The notes below the pieces were generated by a model, which ran no database searches, had not been told where the DNA came from, and was given only the letters and a program-made list of their open reading frames with translations. Shown here in pieces: positions 48,184 to 58,873 of a stretch of DNA of 64,000 nucleotides (position 1 is its first letter; each line of letters opens with the position of its first letter). The stretch comes from Nitrosopumilus sp. GTDB taxonomy: Archaea; Thermoproteota; Nitrososphaeria; Nitrososphaerales; Nitrosopumilaceae. The position numbers were made by a program, and so were the translations under genes. The stretch covers positions 32,001 to 96,000 of the forward strand of contig OZ244651.1 of NCBI GenBank assembly GCA_965218695.1, given 5' to 3'.

Positions 48184-49746
48184 TCACGTCTGCAGGATAC
48201 TCATGACCTTGCCCGGTATGTCCCTTAGCCTGCTGACTGCCACGGTCTTCTCATAGCCCAGATGCCTGAGGTTGCCTGCAATCATGGTGGCCCTTACGGT
48301 GTTGGGACCCAGGCCCAGCGCCACCATGCTGATTCCCAGACCCTTCAACGTCTTTATCATGCCCCTTACCGCGTCCGGATCAGACGGCTCCCCGTCAGTC
48401 AGGGTCAGGAGGATATCCGGACTCTTTGTCTGCATGACTGGAAATATCCTGTCGTATATCTCTGCCAGTGGGGTGGAGCCGTTTGCAACTATCTGAGCCA
48501 GCCGCCTGGCAGCAGTCCTGTTCCACTTTGCGCCTTCCGGCTTTATCGACCAGCAGACGATTGACCTGCTCTGGGTGCTGAAGGCATACACGGCAAATCC
48601 CACCTTGAGAAAGGAGAGAACTTCGCAGAGGGCCAGTGTTGCCTTTTTGTACTCGAGGGCATCTGAGGATATGCTTGAGGAGTGGTCAAGCAGGATCACT
48701 ATCCTTGTCCTGATGGACTTTCTTATGTCTGTAAGAAACGGGCTGCCCCCATCGATGTAGCCCTCCTCGTCAAACTCGTCGCCGGAGCGCACATGCTGTT
48801 CGGTCCATCCTGACTTCCACTCCCTCATCTTGGTCTTCAGGCCGCTTATGAGCCGCATGTCATACATTGCAGTCTCATCAACATCCTTCCCCGAAGGCGT
48901 CTGGATCCCCACAGGCTCGGGGGCAAGCCCCTTGTTCTGATTCCTCTGCGTCTCGTCTAACAGTACCCTGTACTCGTCATGTATGTCATCGCCCTTCATG
49001 ACTGCATGCGGGTCTGCAGATCCAAAGTCGCCCTCCCTGTTGCCTGCGACGATCTTGATGATTCTTCTCAACTCCTCCTCGGTGAGGGCCATTCCTGCCT
49101 TCATGAACGGCAGAGACACTGGAATGGTCATGAGCGAGTCAATCTCAAGTATCCTTATGATCCTGCCTACGTGGCCCTCGAGCCATTTGGTGTCGCGCTC
49201 CTCCCTGACTGCCTGATCTGTGACCCTGCATGCATGGGATGCAGCCTCCCTGATCTTCTCAAGGCGGCTTGATTGGACCTCGCCTTTTATCGTGCCAAAC
49301 ATGAACTGCTGGTAGAACGCCTCTACTATTCTTGCACCTCCGTATACTGTGTGAAGCTGCGGCCTCTCTGCCAGCGTGCATGCATAGTTGAAGATGATCT
49401 CCCCGTCCATTCCCCTCCACAGCCTTCTCCCAAGACCCTCCACCCTCCGAGTCTCCATGGTATTGAGGATGAACCCAAAGGCATGGTCATTGCTTAGAAT
49501 CTTCTGGCAGTGTTTTGCCCTCATGGCCTCGTACCAGAGCGAGGCCCTGAACTGCCTGTACCTCTGAAAATCATCACCGATTCTCTTGTCCGGTGCCGTG
49601 ATGATCACCCTGCTGTCTGCAAGACTGGTTCTAGTCCCCACCCGATCCGATATCCGTACTGTCATGTCCTGCCTTCCAGACCACCTTCGCACCAGAAACA
49701 TTGCAATGTCCATCAGGGAGTCCCTCTGGAGTCGAACCGGCTGCAT
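48184..49746 (-). CDS. vWA-domain protein (NorD/CbbO/CobT-like MoxR partner)
   Basis: MIDAS LLDHSSS, GSTPL, LTDGEP. Confidence 0.88.
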   Translation of the reverse strand: MQPVRLQRDSLMDIAMFLVRRWSGRQDMTVRISDRVGTRTSLADSRVIITAPDKRIGDDFQRYRQFRASLWYEAMRAKHCQKILSNDHAFGFILNTMETRRVEGLGRRLWRGMDGEIIFNYACTLAERPQLHTVYGGARIVEAFYQQFMFGTIKGEVQSSRLEKIREAASHACRVTDQAVREERDTKWLEGHVGRIIRILEIDSLMTIPVSLPFMKAGMALTEEELRRIIKIVAGNREGDFGSADPHAVMKGDDIHDEYRVLLDETQRNQNKGLAPEPVGIQTPSGKDVDETAMYDMRLISGLKTKMREWKSGWTEQHVRSGDEFDEEGYIDGGSPFLTDIRKSIRTRIVILLDHSSSISSDALEYKKATLALCEVLSFLKVGFAVYAFSTQSRSIVCWSIKPEGAKWNRTAARRLAQIVANGSTPLAEIYDRIFPVMQTKSPDILLTLTDGEPSDPDAVRGMIKTLKGLGISMVALGLGPNTVRATMIAGNLRHLGYEKTVAVSRLRDIPGKVMSILQT

Positions 49747-50556
49747 TCAACCACCAAACATGGATGCTATGATGTCGCTTACCTTCTGGTGTTCTATGCC
49801 GCCCCACTGGGCGTATACGTTTCCAAATACAAATTCTGCAACCTTTCTTGCAGGCATGCCGTCTTCAAGCAGCCGCCCAAATGCTATGGTCTCCCTCAGG
49901 CTTGGCGAGTAGAAGAGCTCCTCTACTGCCGCTGCCTCTCTGAGCGTGTTTGCAAGTCTGATGGCTTGGAGCAGTTCCTCATCGTGGCTGCCTGCTATGT
50001 GGTTCCTTGCAATCTCAAACTCCGTCTTCTCCGGGGGATACTCCAGACTGATTCTGACTGGAAACCTGCTCAGAAGCTGAGGCGGAAGCTCCTTTGTTCC
50101 AGTATGTGTCAGCGGGTTGATGGTTGCTGCCACAAACCAGTTGCTGTCTGCCCTGACGGTCTCTCCTGTGGATTCTTTTAGAACTATCTGTCTCCTGTCA
50201 TCAAGTGCCTCGTCTAACCTTAGCAGGACGTCTGCCTCTGCGGCATTAACCTCATCAAGATACAGCATGCCGCCCTCCCTCATCGATCTGGTCAGAAGCC
50301 CCTCCTCAAACGTGACGGTTCCATCATTGAGGGTCTTTGTTCCGATCAGATGACTCTCTCTGGTTCGGAGGCTGAAGTTTATCGACTCCAACTTCAGGTT
50401 CTTTCTATCTGCAAACTCCCTGACCAAAGACGTCTTTCCGGTCCCCTTTGGACCTATGATCAGCACAAAGAGCCCAGCCTCGTAGGCCTTTTCAAGAATG
50501 CCAATAGAGTTATTCCAGTCGAGATACTGTATCAAACTGAGTCTGAGTGGACTCAT
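49747..50556 (-). CDS. MoxR AAA+ ATPase (CbbQ/NirQ/NorQ-like)
   Basis: GPKGTGKT, LYLDEVN, ATINP...GTKEL...L.SRF, PSLRE. Start codon uncertain. Confidence 0.9.
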   Translation of the reverse strand: MSPLRLSLIQYLDWNNSIGILEKAYEAGLFVLIIGPKGTGKTSLVREFADRKNLKLESINFSLRTRESHLIGTKTLNDGTVTFEEGLLTRSMREGGMLYLDEVNAAEADVLLRLDEALDDRRQIVLKESTGETVRADSNWFVAATINPLTHTGTKELPPQLLSRFPVRISLEYPPEKTEFEIARNHIAGSHDEELLQAIRLANTLREAAAVEELFYSPSLRETIAFGRLLEDGMPARKVAEFVFGNVYAQWGGIEHQKVSDIIASMFGG

Positions 50557-50711
50557 TCGGTATTTAATATTAATTGGACGGTATTGCACCCCTGCCCAAG
50601 ATTACCGGGACTGTCTGCTTGGGTTCGATCCGATGCATGGTAACTCACCGGAATGTCAGATGACATCCTGGCGCCTGCAGATGAAACGGGAACCGCTCTA
50701 AAGTAGCCTTC

Positions 50712-52169
50712 CTAGTTGCCAAACGCTCCGACCCTTTCAAAGGCCGCATCCATCCTCTTATGGAGTGCCTTGTTCCATTCCTCAAAGCCTTCGGGCCTTG
50801 TGGGATAGTTGTTGTAGTGTTCGACCAGCCACCGGTTCTCCTTTGATGTGAACTTGAGGCCGTCTGCAACCGTCTTGTTCATTACGCCCCTGATGATCAT
50901 CCCGACCTTTCCCAGTCCGGAAAAGTCAGGATGTTCGCCCTTGCTTATCGCCTCCACGTCAAGATTTCCGAGAAAGTGCTTCATGCCGTAGCTTATCTGC
51001 TCGTTGGTCATCTGCTGGACAAGTCTTCTGAACAGTTCAAGGCCTGCCGTCTTGTATCCGTACTCCTCTATGAAGTCCAGATTGTACTTCCATAGGCCGG
51101 CCTCTGAGACATCGCCTGCTTCGATGGCCTGCGTGATGTTGTTTCCAAGTATTGTTCCTGCAATCAGTGCAGGGCCTATACCGCCTGCGTCAATCGGTTT
51201 TGGCATCCACGCAGAATCCCCCACCATGACGTATCCGCCTGACACCATGCAGTCGTTCTGCCTTCTGACTGACACTTGGAAGATTCCGGAGTTGTTGTTG
51301 ATGTCAACTACATCCTCTGACAGCCTTGGGTTTTTAATCACAGTATTCCTAGCAAGGTACTCCTTCATGAGGGACTCGACGTTGTCACTCTTTCCAAGTC
51401 TCTTGTTCCGTCTTTCCAGTAATGACTTTTCCACGCCCAGTCCGATGTTGACCTTGTCGTCTCCCTTTGGAAACACCCACCCGTAGCCGCCAGGTGCGAT
51501 GTCTTGGTCAAGATGAATTATGCAATAGTCCGGATCAAACTCTGCCAGGTTCTTCTGGCCGGGTTCAAAGTACATTATATATCTGCCAGTCGACTCTAGA
51601 TCCCTTCTGTCGATGCGTCTTTCAATCCGGGTGGTGTTCTTGATGCCGTTTCTGAGCATCGATGTGACTCCTGTCGCATCCACCACGACTTTTGCAGTCT
51701 TGACAAAGGGCTGCCTGGTCTTGTTGTCGATCCCGCGCACTCCGGTTACCTGCCCGTCATTATATGTCATTCCCATAAGGTTGATCTCATATTCAAACTC
51801 GATTCCGGCGCTTGTGCATCTTGCGTTCTGAATCTCAGGTAGCCTCTGGCGGTTTAGCATGAATCCGTCCCCGTCAAAGGGTATTGCAGTCTCCATGTCC
51901 GGCGAGTATGCCATGACCCCCTTGACGTCATGCTCGATCTCCGGCTTGGTCCATCTCACTCCGATCCTCTCTGACATAAAGTCCACTGCCTCCTTTGAGC
52001 ACGCGTCACCACACACCCATCCTGCAAGCGACTTTCTTCCCGGCATGAACTGCGGGTTCCTGTCCACCACCAGTATCCTGATGTTCTGTCTGGAGTAGTG
52101 CGATATGGCCTGTGCCGTAATCGTTCCTGCAAGGCCGCCTCCTGCAATTATGACATCATAGTCTGTCAT
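50712..52169 (-). CDS. Geranylgeranyl reductase-family flavoprotein (DGGR-like)
   Basis: YDVIIAGGG.AG, VCGDA, PGGYGWVFPKG, VGDSA...KPIDAGGI. Confidence 0.9.
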   Translation of the reverse strand: MTDYDVIIAGGGLAGTITAQAISHYSRQNIRILVVDRNPQFMPGRKSLAGWVCGDACSKEAVDFMSERIGVRWTKPEIEHDVKGVMAYSPDMETAIPFDGDGFMLNRQRLPEIQNARCTSAGIEFEYEINLMGMTYNDGQVTGVRGIDNKTRQPFVKTAKVVVDATGVTSMLRNGIKNTTRIERRIDRRDLESTGRYIMYFEPGQKNLAEFDPDYCIIHLDQDIAPGGYGWVFPKGDDKVNIGLGVEKSLLERRNKRLGKSDNVESLMKEYLARNTVIKNPRLSEDVVDINNNSGIFQVSVRRQNDCMVSGGYVMVGDSAWMPKPIDAGGIGPALIAGTILGNNITQAIEAGDVSEAGLWKYNLDFIEEYGYKTAGLELFRRLVQQMTNEQISYGMKHFLGNLDVEAISKGEHPDFSGLGKVGMIIRGVMNKTVADGLKFTSKENRWLVEHYNNYPTRPEGFEEWNKALHKRMDAAFERVGAFGN

Positions 52170-52340
52170 GATGATCAAGTCTTGTTCATCGGTATTTAAA
52201 ACAATACCATCAGCAGTACGGGTCGGTTCGTCGCGGGGTCATCATGGCTGCGGCTCAGACTGGAGCGGCTGTTATCTCCTCATTCCCAAGGAATGCTGTA
52301 CGGGTTCCTATTTAACCTGCTTGGATACCTCTGGCGCATG

Positions 52341-52763
52341 TCACATCCTTAGAATCTCTAAAAACGCCCCTACCGTGTCATCCTTGCAGTAGATGGGAGT
52401 CTGGATTCCTATCTTTATGGAGCCGTCGTCTGTCACTGATGCGATCCCCCTGACCAGATCCTGCTTGTCCAGCCTCATGTGGAATCGGGAGTTTGCCGTC
52501 CTCTCCGGTATCTGATTAATCAGGGAATCGACCTGCCCGTCAGAGAGCAGCCCTGTCATTCTTCTGACGAATTCTGTTGCCTGCCCCTTTGTAAGCCTGC
52601 AGCCCAGCATGGTTATTTGGTTGCCAAAGTATCCGGTGGTGTGGCTCACTGCAAAGCCGTCTGCCTCCAATCCCAGAACGTCTTCAAAGGCCTGCAGGAT
52701 CTTTGAAACGTCCTCAGTAGAGTGCACTATTACGTCGACTGTAACCTCAATCTTCCGGCTCAA
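52341..52763 (-). CDS. DUF54 RNA-binding protein
   Basis: HSTED..K, G.FGN.I, RLDKQ. TTG start assumed. Confidence 0.85.
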   Translation of the reverse strand: MSRKIEVTVDVIVHSTEDVSKILQAFEDVLGLEADGFAVSHTTGYFGNQITMLGCRLTKGQATEFVRRMTGLLSDGQVDSLINQIPERTANSRFHMRLDKQDLVRGIASVTDDGSIKIGIQTPIYCKDDTVGAFLEILRM

Positions 52764-52767
52764 GCGG

Positions 52768-53379
52768 TTATGCCTTGAGCAGTATGGTCTCTTTTGCCGC
52801 GGTTCGGACAAGTTTTACCTTTTCAAGACCCACGTGTCTTATCCTTATTACCTTCTTGAATGCGGCCATAATGTCCGAGTTGATCTTGCTGTAGCATGTG
52901 GCCTGGACAAACTGCGCAATCGTCATGTCTGGAATCGTGTTGTTGATTACATCCTTTGCGATTAGCCTGAGGGCATGCTTTCTGGACGTGTTGAGCTGCC
53001 TGTGGGTGAGTGCGATTATCTTGATTCGAAATATGTAACCGTCCTTGGTCTTGATGTCGATTATAAAGTTGATCTTGGACGATCCGCGCCTGACCAGGCT
53101 TCGCAGAAACTCCTTGGAATACTCAAACCTCTTGAAGATCGTCGTGGCGCTGTCACCGTCGACCTTGTCAATCTGGAAGTATATCTTGTACTGGTGCTGT
53201 GAGGAGTCCCCCTTGAGGATGTCATAGAGGGTAACCTCGATGACCCTGCCCTCGGCGTTCTTGTCGTCCGTGATTGGAATGTACGCTATTGGCACGTTGT
53301 TAAACGAGTCAGGAGCATATGCTGTGATCCAACGCTTCTCTCTCCACTTGTCTTTTACCCTTCCCTTTCTGCGTGCCAA
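52768..53379 (-). CDS. rps3ae: 30S ribosomal protein S3ae (eS1)
   Basis: KDKW..K.W....AP..F, GRVIEVTL.D, LRSLVRR..SKI, TKDGY. Confidence 0.96.
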   Translation of the reverse strand: MARRKGRVKDKWREKRWITAYAPDSFNNVPIAYIPITDDKNAEGRVIEVTLYDILKGDSSQHQYKIYFQIDKVDGDSATTIFKRFEYSKEFLRSLVRRGSSKINFIIDIKTKDGYIFRIKIIALTHRQLNTSRKHALRLIAKDVINNTIPDMTIAQFVQATCYSKINSDIMAAFKKVIRIRHVGLEKVKLVRTAAKETILLKA

Positions 53380-53473
53380 TTAGTATTGACCTTCCAGCCC
53401 AAAATATAAGGGTATGTTGGATTATCGATCCCGGTACAAGTGATGCATTTGTGCAAACCGCAAAACCACACCA

Positions 53474-54748
53474 TCAGATCCGCACCATCTCCTTCTGGTC
53501 TCCCATGTATCCTTGCAGGACATCTGGAATCCTGACATGCCCGTCCTTTGTCTGAAAGTCCTCGATGATGGCGACCATCACCCTGGTAGTTGCCACAAGA
53601 GTGCTGTTGAGAGTGTGCAGGTACTGCGTCTCCTCGTTTGTCTTGTCCCGGAACCTTATCTTCAGCCTCCTTGCCTGGTAGTCGAGGCAGTTGGAGCACG
53701 AGACTATCTCCCTGTAGGCGTTCTGTCCTGCCATCCACGCCTCTATGTCGTATGTCTTTGCCGAGACCTTTCCCAGATCCCCTGCGCAGAGCAGCATCAC
53801 CCTGTACGGGATGCCCAGCATCCGGTAGAACTCTTCTGCCGCCTCCAGCATCTGTTCGTGCTCCCTGCGCGAGTCCTCCGGCCTTGCAAACACAAACTGC
53901 TCGATCTTCTCAAACTGGTGCACCCTGAATATCCCCTTCTGATCCCTGCCGTGGGCCCCTGCCTCCTTCCTGAAGCACGGGCTGACGCCGGCATACCTGA
54001 TGGGAAGGTCCGCCCCGCCAACAATCTCGCCTGAGTGCATTGCGGCCATGGCGTGCTCGGAGGTGCCTATCATGTAAAGATCCTCGCCTTCTATCTTGTA
54101 TATGACATCCTCAAAGTCCTCTGCAATCACTGCGCCCTCCATGGACTCCCGATTTATCATGTACGGAGGCTGTACCAGAGAGTACTGCCTCTTGGCAAGA
54201 AAGTCAAGTGCAAAGTGGATTAGGGACTGGTTGAGTCTTACCAGATCATTTCTCAGGTAGTAGAATCTGGCGCCTGCCACCTTTGCCGCCCTCTTGAGAT
54301 CCACCAGGTCCAGGGTCTCGGAGATGTCGATGTGGTCGCGCGCCTCAAAGCCAAATGTCGGAATGCTGCCCCATTTCCGTACCTTCCTGTTGAAGCTCTC
54401 GTCGGTGCCAGGAGGGACCGTCTGATCCACCAGGTTGGGAACTGTAAATGCAAGTCTGGCATACGTCTCCTCTGCCCTTTGCTGTTCTGACTCCAGTGCT
54501 GCAATCTCTGCTGAGACGCCCTTCATCTCTGCCAGGGCAGCTGTTGCATCCTCCCCTGCCTTCTTCTGTCTTGCAATGGCCTGTCCAGCCTCGTTTCTCT
54601 TCTGGCGCAGCTGGTCTGTACGGATGATCAGCCTGCGCCTCTCCATGTCTGATCTTACCAGGGCATCCAGATCAAAGTCCATTGATCTTGCCCTGAGCAT
54701 CTCCCGTATCGCCTGGGGGCTCTCCCTGATCAGTTTGGGGTCAAGCAC
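53474..54748 (-). CDS. serS: Serine-tRNA ligase
   Basis: MLDPKLIR, TSEH, CFRKEAG.HG.D..GIFRVHQFEK, EIVSCSNC.DYQARR, HTLNST. Confidence 0.97.
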   Translation of the reverse strand: MLDPKLIRESPQAIREMLRARSMDFDLDALVRSDMERRRLIIRTDQLRQKRNEAGQAIARQKKAGEDATAALAEMKGVSAEIAALESEQQRAEETYARLAFTVPNLVDQTVPPGTDESFNRKVRKWGSIPTFGFEARDHIDISETLDLVDLKRAAKVAGARFYYLRNDLVRLNQSLIHFALDFLAKRQYSLVQPPYMINRESMEGAVIAEDFEDVIYKIEGEDLYMIGTSEHAMAAMHSGEIVGGADLPIRYAGVSPCFRKEAGAHGRDQKGIFRVHQFEKIEQFVFARPEDSRREHEQMLEAAEEFYRMLGIPYRVMLLCAGDLGKVSAKTYDIEAWMAGQNAYREIVSCSNCLDYQARRLKIRFRDKTNEETQYLHTLNSTLVATTRVMVAIIEDFQTKDGHVRIPDVLQGYMGDQKEMVRI

Positions 54749-54984
54749 TACTGGATCACCTTCAGCGCGACCCCAACGTGTCCAAGTATCTCGTCTACCG
54801 TACCTATCAGGTGTCCCATGTCTCCTGCACTCTCAAAGTTGAATATCAGCTTGTCGCCGGCATCCTCAATTTTGATGCTCAGCCCCTCTGGAATATTCAC
54901 GTTGTCCGGCTCCAGGGCGCTTCTTACTGCCCTGGCCCTCTCTGCGGAGATCTCATTTATGACTATCTGCACCTGACACAGCAA
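54748..54984 (-). CDS. pcc1: KEOPS subunit Pcc1-like protein
   Basis: ALEPDN...P...I..........L..TVDE.L; typical position between the DHH gene and serS. Confidence 0.78.
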   Translation of the reverse strand: MLCQVQIVINEISAERARAVRSALEPDNVNIPEGLSIKIEDAGDKLIFNFESAGDMGHLIGTVDEILGHVGVALKVIQ

Positions 54985-56371
54985 TGTTTTCCTCCAAATA
55001 GTTTAGAAACTCATCCAGCTTGTCCTTGGTTATCTTGGCCCCTGCTGCCATGCTGTGGCCTCCGCCAACGCCGCCAACACTCCGCGCCCCTGCGCCCATC
55101 AGGTGGCTCAGGTTTATCTCCGATCTGCATCCGATGGCCTTTCTTGAGGAGAACTTTACCGTGTTGCCGTCTCCGTCTGCCCTTAGAATGACCACCCTTC
55201 CAGTATTCCTTGGGGATCCTGCAATCAGTGATGAGATGGTACCTGTCATCATCTCCGGCACCACTCCCTGACCGTTGACCATGATGTAGTCATCCTTCTC
55301 CAAAACCCTCCACCTCTCGTTTGATATTATATTCATGTAATCCTTGATTCTGCTCCTGTATTCCTTGAGGATGGTTTCTGCCTCCCTCAGGGCCATGTTC
55401 CTGTCTCCCATGCACACCGAGATTCCGATGCTGGAGCGGCCTATCCTTCCGCATGAGTTGAGCATGGTAGAAAACTCCCTGCACTCCCTCAGAAAGCTTC
55501 TCCTGTCCTCCATTGGAAACGTGTATGTGTATCCTATCATCTCTGAGGCTATCTCGGTGGCGTTGCCTCCTGAGGCAAACCTGCAGATTGACTCTATTAC
55601 CTGTCTCTTCTCCTCCTCTTCAAGTTCTGCAGGAACCCTCCACCTGCCGCCGTCCTTGAGCCGGACCCCTGAGGAGTTGAGAATGGAGAGGCATGCGGCC
55701 CTGTTCCATGTCAGCCCGTCGATGAATGGCTGCGAGGTAAATGCCAATGCGTCTGGCAGCGGCCTGGTCTCCCTGCCGACCAGCAGAAGATCCAGATCCA
55801 CCTCAAGCATGCCTAGACGCTTTGCAGTCTCTGCAATCTCAAAATTTTTGCCTACGAGTGACTTTCTCTCACCCTGGTCCTGTCTGTCTCCCAGCGCCGA
55901 GACTACTGCAGTTGCGGCAAGATCCTCGTTTCTCTGATCTAGGGAGACTGCTGCAAGATATGCCATTCCGCCTGCACAGATGTCCGCCCCTCCGTCGATT
56001 CCGTATCTCCAGGAATTGATGACATTGGGATTGTCCATCTCCGCGTCGGGAATCTGGTGGTGATCCAGAATGAACCAGTTGTCGCCCAGAATACGGTTCA
56101 AATCATCTGCAAAACCGCCTCCAAGATCTGTTATGATGTGAAAATCCCTGGAGTCGTTACTGAATGACTCTGCAGTGTCCTTGTTGAACTCCTTGGCGGT
56201 TCTGACTGTGCACTTGGCACCCGCCCTGATAAGGGCCTTTGTGATGATTCCACCTGATGTCAGCCCGTCGCAGTCAATGTGGGTTGTGACAAGGATCGGC
56301 CTTCCGGACTTTATGCATTCTGATATTCTGTCTTCAAAGAGTGAAAGTGATTCTTCAAGCGATTCTGCCAT
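54953..56371 (-). CDS. DHH-family phosphoesterase (RecJ-like)
   Basis: HIDCDG, TDLG, LDHH, GD.QD, GGGH..AAGA. Confidence 0.92.
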   Translation of the reverse strand: MAESLEESLSLFEDRISECIKSGRPILVTTHIDCDGLTSGGIITKALIRAGAKCTVRTAKEFNKDTAESFSNDSRDFHIITDLGGGFADDLNRILGDNWFILDHHQIPDAEMDNPNVINSWRYGIDGGADICAGGMAYLAAVSLDQRNEDLAATAVVSALGDRQDQGERKSLVGKNFEIAETAKRLGMLEVDLDLLLVGRETRPLPDALAFTSQPFIDGLTWNRAACLSILNSSGVRLKDGGRWRVPAELEEEEKRQVIESICRFASGGNATEIASEMIGYTYTFPMEDRRSFLRECREFSTMLNSCGRIGRSSIGISVCMGDRNMALREAETILKEYRSRIKDYMNIISNERWRVLEKDDYIMVNGQGVVPEMMTGTISSLIAGSPRNTGRVVILRADGDGNTVKFSSRKAIGCRSEINLSHLMGAGARSVGGVGGGHSMAAGAKITKDKLDEFLNYLEENIAVSGADSHK

Positions 56372-56820
56372 TATTCCAATTGGGCTACCACAGATTTATA
56401 TTTCCAGGTTTTGGGAATTCGCCCGATTCTTTTGTAGTATACTGAGAGCCTGTGGACCTTGGCCTCGATGAGTTCCAATGATCTGACGTTTCTCCTGTCT
56501 CCCTTGTTTGCCTTGAGGTGCTTTTGAAGGCCTACTGCTTTCTTGACTATGTTCTCAAGATCCTCAGGCATGTCCGGTCTTAGATCCTTCTCCTCCAGAA
56601 TCTGCCCCATGCTCTTTTTGGTGACTGCCTTGATTAGGGGTATGGAGTGCTGATCCCTGAGCTTTATTCCAATCTGGCTTGGCGTCATGCCGTCCTTGGA
56701 GTATTTGACTACCAATGACTCAATATCTGACGTACTCTGCGTGACCCATGACGGGGTGCTCAGCACGATTGGTCTGATCGAGTGTGACTTTCCATGTCTG
56801 CGTGTATGCATTCTACCCAT
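56371..56820 (-). CDS. rps15: 30S ribosomal protein S15 (uS15)
   Basis: MGRMH..R.GKS.S.RP, PSQIG..LRD, PEDL, LIEAK..RL..YYK. Confidence 0.97.
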   Translation of the reverse strand: MGRMHTRRHGKSHSIRPIVLSTPSWVTQSTSDIESLVVKYSKDGMTPSQIGIKLRDQHSIPLIKAVTKKSMGQILEEKDLRPDMPEDLENIVKKAVGLQKHLKANKGDRRNVRSLELIEAKVHRLSVYYKRIGRIPKTWKYKSVVAQLE

Positions 56821-57020
56821 GGGCTGATTGGTTTGTGTAGTGGAATTAAACGTTACTTGTTGGCATGGATTTAATTGTCATGTGTGTCCCACTGTCGGAT
56901 GCCAGGACGTCAGTCCATGCCAGGTTGCATCCACACGGCATGTGTAGAACCGGACTGCACCATGCGGCCCCTGCCGCATTTCAAAAAAATTCTATATTGG
57001 TACGACCGGTATTATCTCGT

Positions 57021-58658
57021 ATGGCCGCACAGGAGGACTGGACAGCGCATCTCACCAGATCGATGATACAGGACTTGTGCCCCGCACATGTGTACCAGAG
57101 GGGGCAGTCCTATTATAGATCCGGAAGAGTACGTTTTGTGCGCCTCGTGGCAGATACGCTGCATGCTGTTGTGACCGGACAGAGTGATTACACCGTGGCA
57201 GTCCGTGGCGACCGGGCTCTGGGAGTCAATGCAGGCTGCACCTGCTCTTACAGCGAGTACTACTACGGTGCGTGCAAGCACATAGTCGCTGCCATGATAC
57301 ATCTGATTGAAAATCTTGAGGAGATTTTAAGCGATAATGAGACCCGGGTGTCTACCGTTAAGCACATGGTCACCCTTGTGCCGCCAGAGAAGACAGTGGA
57401 GTTTCTGACTGATGTGATGATTATGGATGAATCCGTACGGCAGAGATTTGTCGACACGTTCGGACTGGGACATGTGCGCCCAGTAACCAACTACAAATCC
57501 AGCATGGACCGGCTATATTCCGGTGCGAAAGGATCCGATGGCAAGATTAGTCATCCCCTGAACTTTGATCGATATTTTGACAATGCCCGGGCAAGCCAGT
57601 CCGGCGGCGAGTTTGCAGATGCAGCAAAGATGTACCAGACGATCTCAGAGAAGATATCCGAAAATATGGGTGCCGTAGACGATTCGGGCAGATACTACAC
57701 TGACTGCTTCATGGAGGCCTTGGACGGCATGGCCGAATCCATAATCCGGAAGGAGATGCCGGCTGGCAAAAAACACGAACACATCTCGTACCTGTTTGAA
57801 AAACTTATGGAAGGCAGGCCTGTCCGGTTCGTCCCGTACTACCGCAGCGCCCTTGAGACAGTCTGCACCACAGACGAGGACACTGTATTCCTGCACGACA
57901 CAATCGATTCGCATCTGCATGCAGACGGTCCCGTGCAGGATGGCACGATGGCAGAAATGGTGCACATGCAGGCAGATGCACTTGAGAGGCTGAACAGGAT
58001 GACTGAACTTGTCTCGCTTTTAGAGAAATTCCATTATCTGGACAACAGACTGTGCGTCAGGTATCTTGGCATGCTACACGACGCCGATCCGGACCAAATC
58101 CTGCAGGCAATCCATAATGCCACAGATGCGTTTCCCGACAATCTGGAGGTGATGGAGGCAGCCCTTGAGCTCTATCCTGAAACCGCCCCGGAGTATGTCT
58201 CTGCACTCAGGGAGATGTTTGTGGCAACAGGTGATTGGAAGTACTTTTTCAGGATCAGGGATGCATCATGTGACTGGCATGCCGATGTGGAGGCCGTTGT
58301 CATGAGGTTTAGGGAAAAACCAGATCCGGGCATGGCCGTTAATGCTTATCTGAAGGGGAGCATGGCAGATGAGGCCATGAACCTGCTAGAGTCCCTTGAT
58401 GACGTGGATCTGTTTGCAGCATACCGCACAAAACTGGCACCGGCGTATTCTGGCAGGTATTTTGCCGCGTATGGCACGCTGATCAGGCGGTTTGCCAAAA
58501 GTACGACCGGCAGGGATCACTACGAGCGTGTCTGCAGGCACCTTGCCAGTATAAAGGCGATTCCCGGCGAGGATCGCCTGTATGAGGAACTGATACTGAA
58601 TATCAGGCATGAGAACTCTGGCAGGCGTGTCCTGCTGGAACTCATAAGGGGCATGTAG
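57021..58658 (+). CDS. SWIM zinc-finger protein with a helical-repeat C-terminus
   Basis: RG..YY..G.V, V.G...Y.V, CTC.Y......CKHIVA; C-terminal RR.LLE. Confidence 0.85.
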   Translation: MAAQEDWTAHLTRSMIQDLCPAHVYQRGQSYYRSGRVRFVRLVADTLHAVVTGQSDYTVAVRGDRALGVNAGCTCSYSEYYYGACKHIVAAMIHLIENLEEILSDNETRVSTVKHMVTLVPPEKTVEFLTDVMIMDESVRQRFVDTFGLGHVRPVTNYKSSMDRLYSGAKGSDGKISHPLNFDRYFDNARASQSGGEFADAAKMYQTISEKISENMGAVDDSGRYYTDCFMEALDGMAESIIRKEMPAGKKHEHISYLFEKLMEGRPVRFVPYYRSALETVCTTDEDTVFLHDTIDSHLHADGPVQDGTMAEMVHMQADALERLNRMTELVSLLEKFHYLDNRLCVRYLGMLHDADPDQILQAIHNATDAFPDNLEVMEAALELYPETAPEYVSALREMFVATGDWKYFFRIRDASCDWHADVEAVVMRFREKPDPGMAVNAYLKGSMADEAMNLLESLDDVDLFAAYRTKLAPAYSGRYFAAYGTLIRRFAKSTTGRDHYERVCRHLASIKAIPGEDRLYEELILNIRHENSGRRVLLELIRGM

Positions 58659-58873
58659 CATCTGTCCGTAACAATCCCTGTAAAGACTGACGATTTTGCA
58701 TCCGTAGTTGCACTGCACGTGATTCCGGGCGCGGTTCTGTACCAAACCCCGCAGGATGCAACATGTGAAGATGCCTGCAGGAATGCAGTAGCCTGCTCTT
58801 TGCCTGGTGGGGGGCTGCAGTGGCTGGCAGGCATCATGCAGATTCGATGCAGCCAGGGGAATGCATCAAAAGA

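Noticed and set aside
50619-50660. GGTTCGATCC resembling a tRNA T-loop
   Set aside because: No convincing T-stem, acceptor stem, D-arm or anticodon arm around it.
8650-52169. Two geranylgeranyl-reductase paralogs
   Set aside because: Multiple divergent GGR paralogs are normal in archaea; no sign of recent duplication.
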